DNA of 64,000 nucleotides from Bacillota bacterium (GTDB lineage Bacteria; Bacillota; Ch66; Ch109): NCBI GenBank assembly GCA_050952625.1, contig JBMNLH010000001.1, positions 1,440,001 to 1,504,000 of the forward strand, read 5' to 3'. Shown piece by piece: positions 19,262 to 28,338 of this stretch (position 1 is its first letter; each line of letters starts with the position of its first letter). The notes under the pieces were generated by a model. It saw only the letters and a program-made list of their open reading frames with translations, ran no database searches and was not told where the DNA came from. The position numbers and the translations under genes were made by a program.

Positions 19262-20431
19262 TCAATATACACTAAAGTTTTCCGGGTGCTGTAAAAGCTC
19301 ACAGGCTTGCTCATATCCTTCAAGCTTACCCCTTAGATGGATAAATCTATCTAAAGCATCCTCCAGCATGTATTTTTCCTGCATCAATCTGAAGGTGGCC
19401 ACAGCGGTTCTCAAGACATTTTCCGGGGTTGCGGCCTTGTAGTCAAGGTATCTGGAAATCGTCGGATGATTGAACAAAACGGGGCACAGGTCACAAATAT
19501 CGTCGGGCAGGTAGTCCGGCAGTTCCTCAAAATACGAGGAATCGGTAAGCCAGCGTATCAGTTCCGAAAACCCAAGCAATCTAATATGCTGCAGTAAAGG
19601 ATGGCACATGAAATCCCGGTAGATATCCTTAAGTTTTCTTTCCCGGGCATTTCCGAATTGGAAAGGATGGAGCCTTGACTCAACTAGACTGCAGCAGCAA
19701 GGGGCAACTGACCCATCGTAGCGAATGACCACACCCTGGGTTACACAGGGCCTGGTCCAGTGGATGTTTTCTGGTTCTCCAGGCATGTCTAGTTCCCGGG
19801 CTCGTCCATATTTGCGTATCTTTTGGCAGGACAAATCATCCGGTTCGGCAAAGCTTTGCAGGTAATCTAAAATCTCTTGATCCATATCCGTGGCCGGCGC
19901 GTGATAGGTTAATCGCAGGTCCACCTTCAAACCCATTGACTTTATTACTTCATAAGCTAGCTTGATCTGTTCCTTAGCGACAAACTCCAGGTGATATGCA
20001 TCAATCGACAAGTTCCAGACCTGTATGCCAGGATATTTTTTCACCAGCGTTCTTATGGCTCGCTCATCCCTAAAGAAATAGCCCGAAGTAACAATGCCGC
20101 ATACTAGTCCGGCCTCAGCCGCCTTCTGTGAGATCACGCCGACTTGTTTAGACGCCAACAAGGCTTCGCCCCCGGTAAAGCCAATACTTCTGACACCGCA
20201 GGTGTAGAGTTCCTCCATCTGTGACGCATAGACCTGCGCGTCCTCAAAAGGCATAGTTGTGTGGCCCTGGTCAGGCCCAGCCCCGACTAGGCAGTGTTTA
20301 CAACTCAAAGGACAGGCCAGGGTCAGGCTAAAAGAAAAATGTTTGGCGCATTGATTTTGATACCGCGACAGTTCGTCAAGGGTAAGAGATAGCCGGTTCC
20401 CTTGTCCCAGCGTCATTTGCTTATGGTCCAA
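19262..20431 (-). CDS. Radical SAM enzyme, EpeE/YydG-like peptide epimerase family (twitch-type auxiliary cluster)
   Basis: CPLSCKHC; IGFTGGE; TSGYF; LSIDAYHLEFV; RPC..DGSVAPCCC; PLLQHIRLLGF; ICDLCPVLF. Same motif order as B. subtilis YydG/EpeE. Confidence 0.8.
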   Translation of the reverse strand: MDHKQMTLGQGNRLSLTLDELSRYQNQCAKHFSFSLTLACPLSCKHCLVGAGPDQGHTTMPFEDAQVYASQMEELYTCGVRSIGFTGGEALLASKQVGVISQKAAEAGLVCGIVTSGYFFRDERAIRTLVKKYPGIQVWNLSIDAYHLEFVAKEQIKLAYEVIKSMGLKVDLRLTYHAPATDMDQEILDYLQSFAEPDDLSCQKIRKYGRARELDMPGEPENIHWTRPCVTQGVVIRYDGSVAPCCCSLVESRLHPFQFGNARERKLKDIYRDFMCHPLLQHIRLLGFSELIRWLTDSSYFEELPDYLPDDICDLCPVLFNHPTISRYLDYKAATPENVLRTAVATFRLMQEKYMLEDALDRFIHLRGKLEGYEQACELLQHPENFSVY

Positions 20432-20456
20432 TTCAATCCCTCTTTTTCAGTTATGC

Positions 20457-21512
20457 TCAATAACCCACCGGCGAGACTGATTCAAAAACCGTGTTATAAA
20501 GGGTGTTGATTTTAGTTTTTATTGCCGGGTTCTCAATCTTACTCTTAACTAATTTGACGGCTTCAGGAACCCTCCATAAAGCCAGACAGCACTCACAGGG
20601 GTGTTCTGGAACCGCCTCCAAGACAGGATGATTCGGCAGTTTCTCTTTGATCCAACCCAGCAGTGGCGCAAAACCAACCGCCTGAATGAGCTGCAAAAGT
20701 GGGTCCTGGCACCAGTCATCGTATACTTTAGTTATTCCAGCAGTAATCACATTCTCATATCTAAACGGATGCCCGTTCTTATCAGCAATTAGGCCAGCAC
20801 AACACGGTGATACGGAGCCATCGGTTCTGACCGCCATCCCACTGGTAATACATGGCCATCCTGGTACGGTCGCTTTTATAATTTCTGGATTCAGGTCTTC
20901 TGCCCGGCCTGTTTTAATAACCGGTTGAACAACTATTTCCGCTTCCTCCGGCAGATTATTTTGCAACCAGTTGTAGAGATCAGTATCCGTCGTAGCGATC
21001 GGTTTGGCGACAGTCATTCTTACGGTTGCCTTTTTCCCGAGACGGACTGCGGCCTCCGCCGCGTTCACAATACAACTTCTGGGTACTTGTGCCTGATGAT
21101 AAACATCTGAGGAAATATGCCATGCAGAAATGTAAGGAAAACTTTTAATTAATCGATAGCTTTCCTCATTTGATTCGGCGAAAAAGGCAGATGTAACAAC
21201 CGTTGTCTCAAGGCCGTTTTTAAAGGCAGCTTCTGATAACATTTGCAACGTTTCCGCAACTAGCGTTGGTTCGCCGCCAGTTAGGCTTATTCTCCTGACG
21301 CCTCGCTCTCTAAGTTCCTGCATCTTCGCAGCAATCGCCAGAGCTACCTCTCTCGAGAGACTCGACCGGCTTCTTGAATGATCCCCGGCACTCACAAGGC
21401 AATGCGCACACTGTAAGGGACAGAGATCAGTAACACATATAGAAATATGGGTCAGGGACAAAACCTGCAGCACTTTTAGTGCTTCAGTCGATATTTCTAT
21501 CCCGATTTTCAT
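20457..21512 (-). CDS. Radical SAM enzyme, EpeE/YydG-like peptide epimerase family, paralog
   Basis: CPLQCAHC; ISLTGGEP; TSAFF; ISSDVYHQAQV; WPC..DGSVSPCC; PLLQLIQAVGF; PCECCLALW. Confidence 0.8.
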   Translation of the reverse strand: MKIGIEISTEALKVLQVLSLTHISICVTDLCPLQCAHCLVSAGDHSRSRSSLSREVALAIAAKMQELRERGVRRISLTGGEPTLVAETLQMLSEAAFKNGLETTVVTSAFFAESNEESYRLIKSFPYISAWHISSDVYHQAQVPRSCIVNAAEAAVRLGKKATVRMTVAKPIATTDTDLYNWLQNNLPEEAEIVVQPVIKTGRAEDLNPEIIKATVPGWPCITSGMAVRTDGSVSPCCAGLIADKNGHPFRYENVITAGITKVYDDWCQDPLLQLIQAVGFAPLLGWIKEKLPNHPVLEAVPEHPCECCLALWRVPEAVKLVKSKIENPAIKTKINTLYNTVFESVSPVGY

Positions 21513-21546
21513 CTGCTACTCCTTTTGGGCAAAAGGATAAAAGATG

Positions 21547-21572
21547 CGGGAAGCCGTTTGAATGGCTTCCCG
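21547..21572 (-). terminator. Intra-operon stem-loop between the 109-aa gene and the first rSAM gene
   Basis: CGGGAAGCC-N8-GGCTTCCCG with only a weak U-tract. Confidence 0.65.
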
Positions 21573-21583
21573 GCAGTGAATGA

Positions 21584-21913
21584 TTAAGTAGTAGGCTTGT
21601 CAAATTTCCGGTTAATTCTACTGTCAATTTTCTTGTCAACTTGCTTCAGGTTGTGGTTCATTAATTCTTGTTTCATAACTGCTTCTGCCTTGATTCTACC
21701 AAGTTGGTTAAGAATCTTCGAGGTAGTTGCAGAAATGTTGTCGGAAAGAGCGTTTACTTCATATGCATCTTGAACCTGTCCGGGATTTCTAAAATTGACT
21801 AGTTCAGCAATAGTCATTTCTTCAAAGGATTTCGTTAACCCGGGTATTCTAATTTTTTTGAGATCACTAACATCTTTGCTTAAAAAAAGATTCAACGATT
21901 CTTTAGACGGCAT
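21584..21913 (-). CDS. 109-aa hypothetical protein, candidate substrate/precursor of the three radical SAM enzymes
   Basis: SD AAGGGGGTG; first gene of the operon; no Cys and no double-Gly site; not recognised as a known family. Confidence 0.75.
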   Translation of the reverse strand: MPSKESLNLFLSKDVSDLKKIRIPGLTKSFEEMTIAELVNFRNPGQVQDAYEVNALSDNISATTSKILNQLGRIKAEAVMKQELMNHNLKQVDKKIDSRINRKFDKPTT

Positions 21914-21937
21914 TCAACCCACCCCCTTCACGCGCTT

Positions 21938-21962
21938 ATTCGTAGTGCCGAGTATATCTCCT
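21938..21962 (-). promoter_or_regulatory. SigH-like promoter of the rSAM operon
   Basis: Minus strand AGGA-N17-GAAT (same spacing as the spoVG promoter). Confidence 0.5.
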
Positions 21963-22078
21963 AGTTTATAGTCTACAAGCTTAGTAGAAATTTTAGTATA
22001 GGTCATAAATATTAAAAGATTAGGCCTAGCGCACTATTTTCTAAGCAGGCTGAGGTCCTGGGCCATCTTTAATAAACT

Positions 22079-24448
22079 CTAACCGTCATAATAGAGATCG
22101 GTTATTCTGACTGGGCCTGAGTTGCCTTCCACATTTATTCGGAGGAGGTTATCCCCCTTCTTTGCAGCAAATTCCCCCCGATAGAGGGTGGAAGAATCCC
22201 GTCTGGCAACGAAAATGGCTCGATCACTTTTTTCTGATTCGTTTGCCTGATACGCTACTCGGCTAAGCAGATACAGTTCGTCGTACAAACGTCTAGCTTC
22301 AGGAATTTGACTTTCCGCTAGGGTTTTAATCAGGTTATAGCTTTGGAAGTAGGCCTTAAATGAGCCAGCCCAGCCCTGAATGTAAGCCATCTCCAGGTAA
22401 TCTATCAGCTTCTGTTGCCCCCTGGGTTTTTCTACGTCATAAGGCAGTTCCACCTCCATCCCCATTCCGTATTCTCTGGCGATCTGGCCGGTACATTTTA
22501 ATAAGTAACGAGGTGGCGTGAAGGGGTTCAGCCAGAAGGCGTGTGATGACTGCAGGCTGACACAGTCAAAACCAGCCCGGGTAAACTCGGTTATCCATGA
22601 TGAAGTGATCCCAGGAATAGCAAATGAGCGATACCCTCGTGTACGACACGACTCTGGAAAGGCATGGAGCACCGGATCATTCCAAGCTCCCTGTTCCGTC
22701 ATGTAATAGAAGCCAGCTAAAACCAAATGCTTGAAACCTGCCCGGTGCCACCGGGAAATCAGTTCATCAATCGCCCATTCCGTGACCTTAACCCTGTTTT
22801 CGGGCATGGCCAGTGAATATTTCTGACCGTCCCAATCAAGGGCCTGGGGCTGGGCTGTCGGAATCGATAGGACCACCTTGACCCGATACTCAGGTTTTTT
22901 GAGATGCTGGTTAATCCCAGCCACCGTCTTTTCCAGGGCCCACAAATTAGCCTGGGGATGAAAATACTCCTCAAACAAGGCCACCCAATCTTCCTTTAGC
23001 GCAGCCCCACCGGATAAATCCAACCCAAAAGAATGGCCATTCAATAAGGAAGAATATTGAGCAAGCATTAAAAACCCATCTAGAAAATGATTCAGCAACT
23101 GTCCTTCAGTATCCATGTACCCTACCAACGGCCGTAATTTATCTTGATCGTAGCGGTGGACCTCCTGTTTCCCGATGCCACCGACATACAACAAACAAAG
23201 ATCGTGGATTCCCCCGCTAACCGGTCCGCCGGCCTTCAGAAAGCCCGGGTGGCAAGCCGGGTGTTGCTTGATTTTTTGTGCCTTAGACCTTTCTTGCCTT
23301 CCCTGCGTCAGACCGCTGGCCCAATTCCGCTGTTCTTTCTCGGGCCGCTGGACGGACAGGGCGGTAACCGGCTGCATGGTATCAGCCAGTAGGTAAAGGT
23401 GCAGACGCTGGTTGGTTTTATCCAAAACCAACAGGTTGTTATGCCGGTAACTTAAACCTGAGATAACAACCTCCACTCGCTTAGGGAATGAACGGATAAA
23501 AGAACCATTTTCGCGGTAGACACTCAGATCGGTTTGACTTGACTTTTCGCCAGTCTGGCTGTGCACCCAAAATCTCTGACCGTCAAAGGCAAAGGCGGTA
23601 CAATTTAGTTTTTTAAAAAGCTTGATTAATCTAAGTGGATTCAGGCTTAATCCACCTGGCTTAAGCTGCCGTGAATTTTTTATTGCCAGAGAGCCGCTTA
23701 AGCCTTGACCGGCAATTGCCTTTACCTGTGGTTGTTTGGGAAGATTAAACAAATAGACCTGGCCATCAGCGGTTAGACCCCAGAAGGAATAGGCATCATT
23801 CTCAGCCAGAGCAATCAGTGGCTGCGATAAAGAGAAACTGGTCAACTGGTGCATTTTCCGGAGCCCCCGACTAGATTCTGGTTTAATAACCTGAATTTTC
23901 CGCCCGGCTGTGGTCGAAATTAAGGCCAGTAAGGAGCTACCGCAGGGAGTTAAGGAGATAAATCGCTCGGCGAACTGTTCAGAATCAAGAATTTCCAGAT
24001 TAGAGGGCAGATGAGCATCAAGGGTTAATAACCGCCCATCCTCAGTGCCGGCCATAAAACAGCCTGAATCCACCGGATGTCGGCTAAGACAGGTTATTTT
24101 TGAGTCTGGCAAAGGTCTGGTTCCCAGGAGAAAAAGCTCTTTAATGTCGAGGCTGGATTTGTCGGCTCGACCGACCTCCATCTCCAACCAACTCAGGCCA
24201 TTATCCCTTAGACTATTAACCGACTTTTGAACTTTATCCCCCGCCGCCGGTTTTATTTCCAGGCTTAAAGAAATAGATTTTGACTTGCCCGGGTCAGGGA
24301 TTTTCCCGATTATTGAAAAGGCGTCCACCTCCCAACCGACCCCTCGCGGATAATTCCCCTCCGATAGACGTTCTACCCGCCTTCTCCCCTCAACCGGGGC
24401 GATATCCGCAGTCAATTCTCGAAGCGTTTTTTTCGGCAATACCCTCAC
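22079..24448 (-). CDS. DUF4855-like (glycoside hydrolase-like barrel) protein with N-terminal beta-propeller-like region
   Basis: C-terminal motifs FLDGFLML, VKVVLSIP, LAGFYYMTE, GFDCVSLQ, GMGMEVE; N-terminal beta-rich blades (AFAFDGQRFWV). Confidence 0.65.
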   Translation of the reverse strand: MRVLPKKTLRELTADIAPVEGRRRVERLSEGNYPRGVGWEVDAFSIIGKIPDPGKSKSISLSLEIKPAAGDKVQKSVNSLRDNGLSWLEMEVGRADKSSLDIKELFLLGTRPLPDSKITCLSRHPVDSGCFMAGTEDGRLLTLDAHLPSNLEILDSEQFAERFISLTPCGSSLLALISTTAGRKIQVIKPESSRGLRKMHQLTSFSLSQPLIALAENDAYSFWGLTADGQVYLFNLPKQPQVKAIAGQGLSGSLAIKNSRQLKPGGLSLNPLRLIKLFKKLNCTAFAFDGQRFWVHSQTGEKSSQTDLSVYRENGSFIRSFPKRVEVVISGLSYRHNNLLVLDKTNQRLHLYLLADTMQPVTALSVQRPEKEQRNWASGLTQGRQERSKAQKIKQHPACHPGFLKAGGPVSGGIHDLCLLYVGGIGKQEVHRYDQDKLRPLVGYMDTEGQLLNHFLDGFLMLAQYSSLLNGHSFGLDLSGGAALKEDWVALFEEYFHPQANLWALEKTVAGINQHLKKPEYRVKVVLSIPTAQPQALDWDGQKYSLAMPENRVKVTEWAIDELISRWHRAGFKHLVLAGFYYMTEQGAWNDPVLHAFPESCRTRGYRSFAIPGITSSWITEFTRAGFDCVSLQSSHAFWLNPFTPPRYLLKCTGQIAREYGMGMEVELPYDVEKPRGQQKLIDYLEMAYIQGWAGSFKAYFQSYNLIKTLAESQIPEARRLYDELYLLSRVAYQANESEKSDRAIFVARRDSSTLYRGEFAAKKGDNLLRINVEGNSGPVRITDLYYDG
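22088..22113 (+). repeat. 26-bp perfect direct repeat, right copy (inside last codons of the DUF4855-like gene)
   Basis: Identical to 17187-17212; encodes VRITDLYY on the minus strand. Confidence 0.95.
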
Positions 24449-24990
24449 CCCTTACCTTGCTTACTTAACCTGTCTATCAGGATCTATCAGATCTATCGGA
24501 AAAGCATCATCTGATGACTATTTCTTTCTATTTTATTTTATGTCTGTTCACCTTATTATCATCTCTAACTTTGTTCCTCAATTTGATTGATTGAAACTCA
24601 TCTTATTATGGGTTTACAGGAATATTATGCCTTTGAAATAAAACAGTTTAAATATATAATTATATTATCTCAAACCATTGCTAAACATTTTGGTATAAAG
24701 AAAAGGAGGTAACGCTTATTTATTTAGAATATATATTTCTGTGAATTGTGAGTTAGAAATGGAAAGTTTTTTCCATTTTAACCGAGACAGCTTATTTAAT
24801 AAGGCTGCTAATTAAAGATATGGTTTAGGCACAAACTATTAGTAAAAAAATAAAACCTAACTTGGTTGTCTTTGCTATGAATATAACAGACATATGTCCG
24901 CCATTTTCATTGTGGTTGTGTCCTGAGGTATGGTGGTCAATACGAAGTGAATTGAGAAAAACTTGAAAAACCGTTAAGAAAGGATAAACA

Positions 24991-25881
24991 ATGTTAAAAC
25001 TTAAAAGAAAATCAATAATTCTTATCAGCCTACTGGTCATCATCGGTTTATGCACCACCGGTTGTTCTGGGGGAAATCAGGACCCTAATGGTTCAAATCA
25101 GACAAAACCGGAAATCACTATCGGCAAAGATCCCTTCTCTTATGATTGGATTCCAGTTTATGTTTTTGAGCAGATAGCTCAGGAATTAGGTTACCCAACC
25201 AAAATAGTTGAAGGTGAAGTAGGATTTATGTGGTTAGGATTAGCTGAAGGGGACGTTGACGTCTGGCCGGATGTTTGGCTGCCAATCCTGCATAAAACCT
25301 ATAAGGATAAGTACAAAGACCGGGTGGAATCAGCCAATAATATCATTGATCAAAACCCGATGGGGTTAGCAGTCCCCTCTTATGTAGATATTAATTCTAT
25401 TGCCGAATTAAATGCTAGAGCGAAAGAATTTAACAATCGCATCGTGGGAATTGAAGCCGGCGGGATGATGTTAACTGCTGAGGAAACTATCAGAGCATAT
25501 GGCCTGACTAATTTCGAGCTGATTCAAGGCAGCACTCCAGCCATGATGGCGGAAGTAGACCGAGCAACCCGGGCCAAGGAGCCGATCGTATTCCTGGGCT
25601 GGCGGCCGCACACTATGTTCCAAAAATATGATATAAAATTGCTTGAAGATCCCAAGGGAGTCTGGGAGTATGATGCCTGGATTTCAGGGGTAAACCCCGG
25701 CCTGAAAGAAAAGGCACCCGATTTCTACAACTTTGTTAAAAACTTCAAAATCTCATCGGAAGAAGTTGAGGCAATCTTGATTGAATACGAAAAAAGCGGG
25801 AATGAAGAGGTCTTGAAACAGGAAACCCGTAAATGGGTTGAAGATAATCGGGATAAGATTAATACAATGCTGGGGAAATAG
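24991..25881 (+). CDS. Glycine betaine-type ABC substrate-binding lipoprotein (OpuAC/ProX family), orphan
   Basis: Lipobox TTGC; DVWLP..H..Y, GLAVPSY, IVGIEAG, FLGWRPHTMF..YDIKLLEDPKG. Confidence 0.9.
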   Translation: MLKLKRKSIILISLLVIIGLCTTGCSGGNQDPNGSNQTKPEITIGKDPFSYDWIPVYVFEQIAQELGYPTKIVEGEVGFMWLGLAEGDVDVWPDVWLPILHKTYKDKYKDRVESANNIIDQNPMGLAVPSYVDINSIAELNARAKEFNNRIVGIEAGGMMLTAEETIRAYGLTNFELIQGSTPAMMAEVDRATRAKEPIVFLGWRPHTMFQKYDIKLLEDPKGVWEYDAWISGVNPGLKEKAPDFYNFVKNFKISSEEVEAILIEYEKSGNEEVLKQETRKWVEDNRDKINTMLGK

Positions 25882-26014
25882 AAACAACGTGGAGGTCTAC
25901 TCAAGACCTGGATAACAGACAGTGAACTATAATCCCTCCTATGGTAGAATTTGAACACTATCTTAGGGGGGATTTGTCATGCCGGCAGGAAAGGCATGAG
26001 GGCTTTGGCATTAC

Positions 26015-26968
26015 TTACTTTTTGGCAAAAAGCTCCCACATTTCGGTGGCCAGTCTTTCTATGTAACCGGTGTTTTCCACTCGGATCACCCAAAACGTCG
26101 GGATAGCCTCCAAACCAAGCAGCGTTCCCAGGATGGCCCCGGTAATTGACCCGGTAGAGTCGCTGTCACCGCTGTGATTCACCGCGGCTAAAGTACCGCG
26201 AGCCCAATTGTGACTGTACTTCAAAGAACAATAAACAGCGATGGCGAGTGCTTCTTCGCCGACCCACCCTTCGCCGATTTTTTCTATCGCTTCTGTGACC
26301 GGCAGGTTGCTATTAGCCAGATCCATTGCTTTTTCCAGACAGGCCATGGTTTCGGCATAACCGCGGTATTTCCTTAGAGGAATCAAGCTTAAACCTATTG
26401 CTTCGCCAAGGGCTTTGCCGCGAACAAGGTTGGACGTTATCTCGGCTAAAACACCCGCTGGCAGGTAACCGGAAGGATGCCCGTGCGTTATGGCAGCAAA
26501 AGCCACTCCCTGCTCAAAAGCTTGACCGGGCGGAAAAGCAAGGCCGGCTGGAGCGGTCCGCATCACGCCACCGCAACCTTTACTGTTGTTGATCGGCTCA
26601 TCAACACTGCCCATTTTACCGCTGCGCAGGGCACTGAGGCAGGTATGGCCAGGGCCTCTAGTCTGTTTAGGGTCAGACTGGGTTTTAAGCCATTCCAGAT
26701 ACTTCAAATAAACAACTGAGGAAGGGTGCCAGATGCCTTTTTCCCTGCCTCTTATCCAGGCGTCAACGCATCCGGCGGCAGTAGCCAGAGACATCTGGGT
26801 GTCATCGGTATAAGTTCCGGCGGCAAACCCGCCCCAGCTGTCAAAATCCTTGATCCCGCTATCCCCGTATTTTTTTCTGATCTGCTGCCAACTTAAAAAC
26901 TCCACCGGTGCCCCCAGAGCATCCCCGATGGCCAGGCCAAACAAGCAACCTTTGAATCTTTTTTCCAT
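26015..26968 (-). CDS. ADP-ribosylglycohydrolase family protein
   Basis: GLAIGDALG, TDDTQM, GCGGVMR, ITHGH, GDSDSTGSITG. Confidence 0.95.
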   Translation of the reverse strand: MEKRFKGCLFGLAIGDALGAPVEFLSWQQIRKKYGDSGIKDFDSWGGFAAGTYTDDTQMSLATAAGCVDAWIRGREKGIWHPSSVVYLKYLEWLKTQSDPKQTRGPGHTCLSALRSGKMGSVDEPINNSKGCGGVMRTAPAGLAFPPGQAFEQGVAFAAITHGHPSGYLPAGVLAEITSNLVRGKALGEAIGLSLIPLRKYRGYAETMACLEKAMDLANSNLPVTEAIEKIGEGWVGEEALAIAVYCSLKYSHNWARGTLAAVNHSGDSDSTGSITGAILGTLLGLEAIPTFWVIRVENTGYIERLATEMWELFAKK

Positions 26969-26979
26969 TAATTTGTCTC

Positions 26980-28299
26980 CTAATTTATCTCCGGTGCCGC
27001 TTCCTCACCCTTGAGCTTGAGCAGCCAGCCGGTTGGTTCGCCCGTTTTAGTTGAACTGGCCCAGCCGCCTAGGGTATAACCACCGTCCTCGGTCTGCTGA
27101 ACTGAGGAAAAAGAATCAGGGTTTTTGCCGCCAAAGGTGTACGACCAGACTTCCTGGCCCTGGGCATCTGTCTTAATCACCCAACCGTCCCCAATACAGT
27201 AAACGCCGCTGTTATCTTTCGCACCGGTGCAACCAGCCAGAATATAACCACCGTCACGAGTTTGCCGTACTTCATTAACCTGGTCTTTAATACTGGCGTT
27301 ATAGGTGCGCGACCAGACTTCCCGGCCGGCGGAATCGGTTTTGATCAGCCATCCATCATAGTCGAATTCGTTGTCTGGTTGAGTCCGGCCGGCTATAATA
27401 TACCCTCCGTCCGCAGTGGTGCTGACCGAGTAAAAAACGTCTTCCAAGGCACCGCCGAAGGTGTGTGACCATGCCACCTGGCCGTCTGCGTCCAGCCTGA
27501 CCAACCAGGCGTCATAACCTTCGCTAACCGGGGAAATAGTTTGCCCGGCCGCAATATACCCCCCATCATTGGTTTGCTGAATTGAATTGATCGCGTCGCC
27601 TTTGCTGTCACCCAAGTTGCGCGACCAGATTTCTTTTCCTTCCGCGTCAGTTTTAATTAACCAACCGTCATCATACCGGTCATCGTTTGGAAAATTGGCC
27701 CAACCCGCCAGAATATAGCCCCCGTCCCGGGTCTGCTGCACAGCGGTGAAAGCATCCAAACTGCCGCAAGAATAAGTCTGCGACCAAATCGGATTTCCCT
27801 CGCTGTCGGTCTTGACCAACCAGCCGTCTGTGTTACCGGCCTCGGTGTCTGTATAGCCCGCCAGGATATACCCTCCGTCCGCGGTTTGCTGCGCGGAGGC
27901 AATACTGTCACTGCCTTTCCTGAAGATCGGACGTTCCCAAATTTTGTTGCCCAAGGCGTCCGTTTTAATCAGCCAGCTATCGGCACCGCCAATCGTTTTG
28001 GGCGTTTGCGTTTGCAATTTGTGCCTCATAGTAAAGTTGGGATTCTCGATAATATTGCCCGCCAGGATATACCCTCCGTCTTTAACCGGCAGGACTGATG
28101 CTATGTAATTTTTATGAGCAGTGCTGCCATAAATCGAAGTAAAGGCGACCCGGTTATTGTTTTTGGTCCACTCCTGAGGATTTTCTTCGGTGTCTACTAA
28201 CATTTTACAGCAAAGAAAGCCCATCAGAGGGATGGAAAGGAAGATGGCCAGATAAATAAGAGTTTTTACCGGTTTTGTCATAGTCATGCCATTAACCAC
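26980..28299 (-). CDS. Membrane-anchored beta-propeller repeat protein
   Basis: N-terminal TM; ~7 repeats of QQT.DGGYILAG...DGWLIKTD..G..IWS.TFGG. Confidence 0.85.
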   Translation of the reverse strand: MVNGMTMTKPVKTLIYLAIFLSIPLMGFLCCKMLVDTEENPQEWTKNNNRVAFTSIYGSTAHKNYIASVLPVKDGGYILAGNIIENPNFTMRHKLQTQTPKTIGGADSWLIKTDALGNKIWERPIFRKGSDSIASAQQTADGGYILAGYTDTEAGNTDGWLVKTDSEGNPIWSQTYSCGSLDAFTAVQQTRDGGYILAGWANFPNDDRYDDGWLIKTDAEGKEIWSRNLGDSKGDAINSIQQTNDGGYIAAGQTISPVSEGYDAWLVRLDADGQVAWSHTFGGALEDVFYSVSTTADGGYIIAGRTQPDNEFDYDGWLIKTDSAGREVWSRTYNASIKDQVNEVRQTRDGGYILAGCTGAKDNSGVYCIGDGWVIKTDAQGQEVWSYTFGGKNPDSFSSVQQTEDGGYTLGGWASSTKTGEPTGWLLKLKGEEAAPEIN

Positions 28300-28338
28300 C
28301 TCGTTTTATCATTAAGGTTATATTTCTTGTCACTTTCA

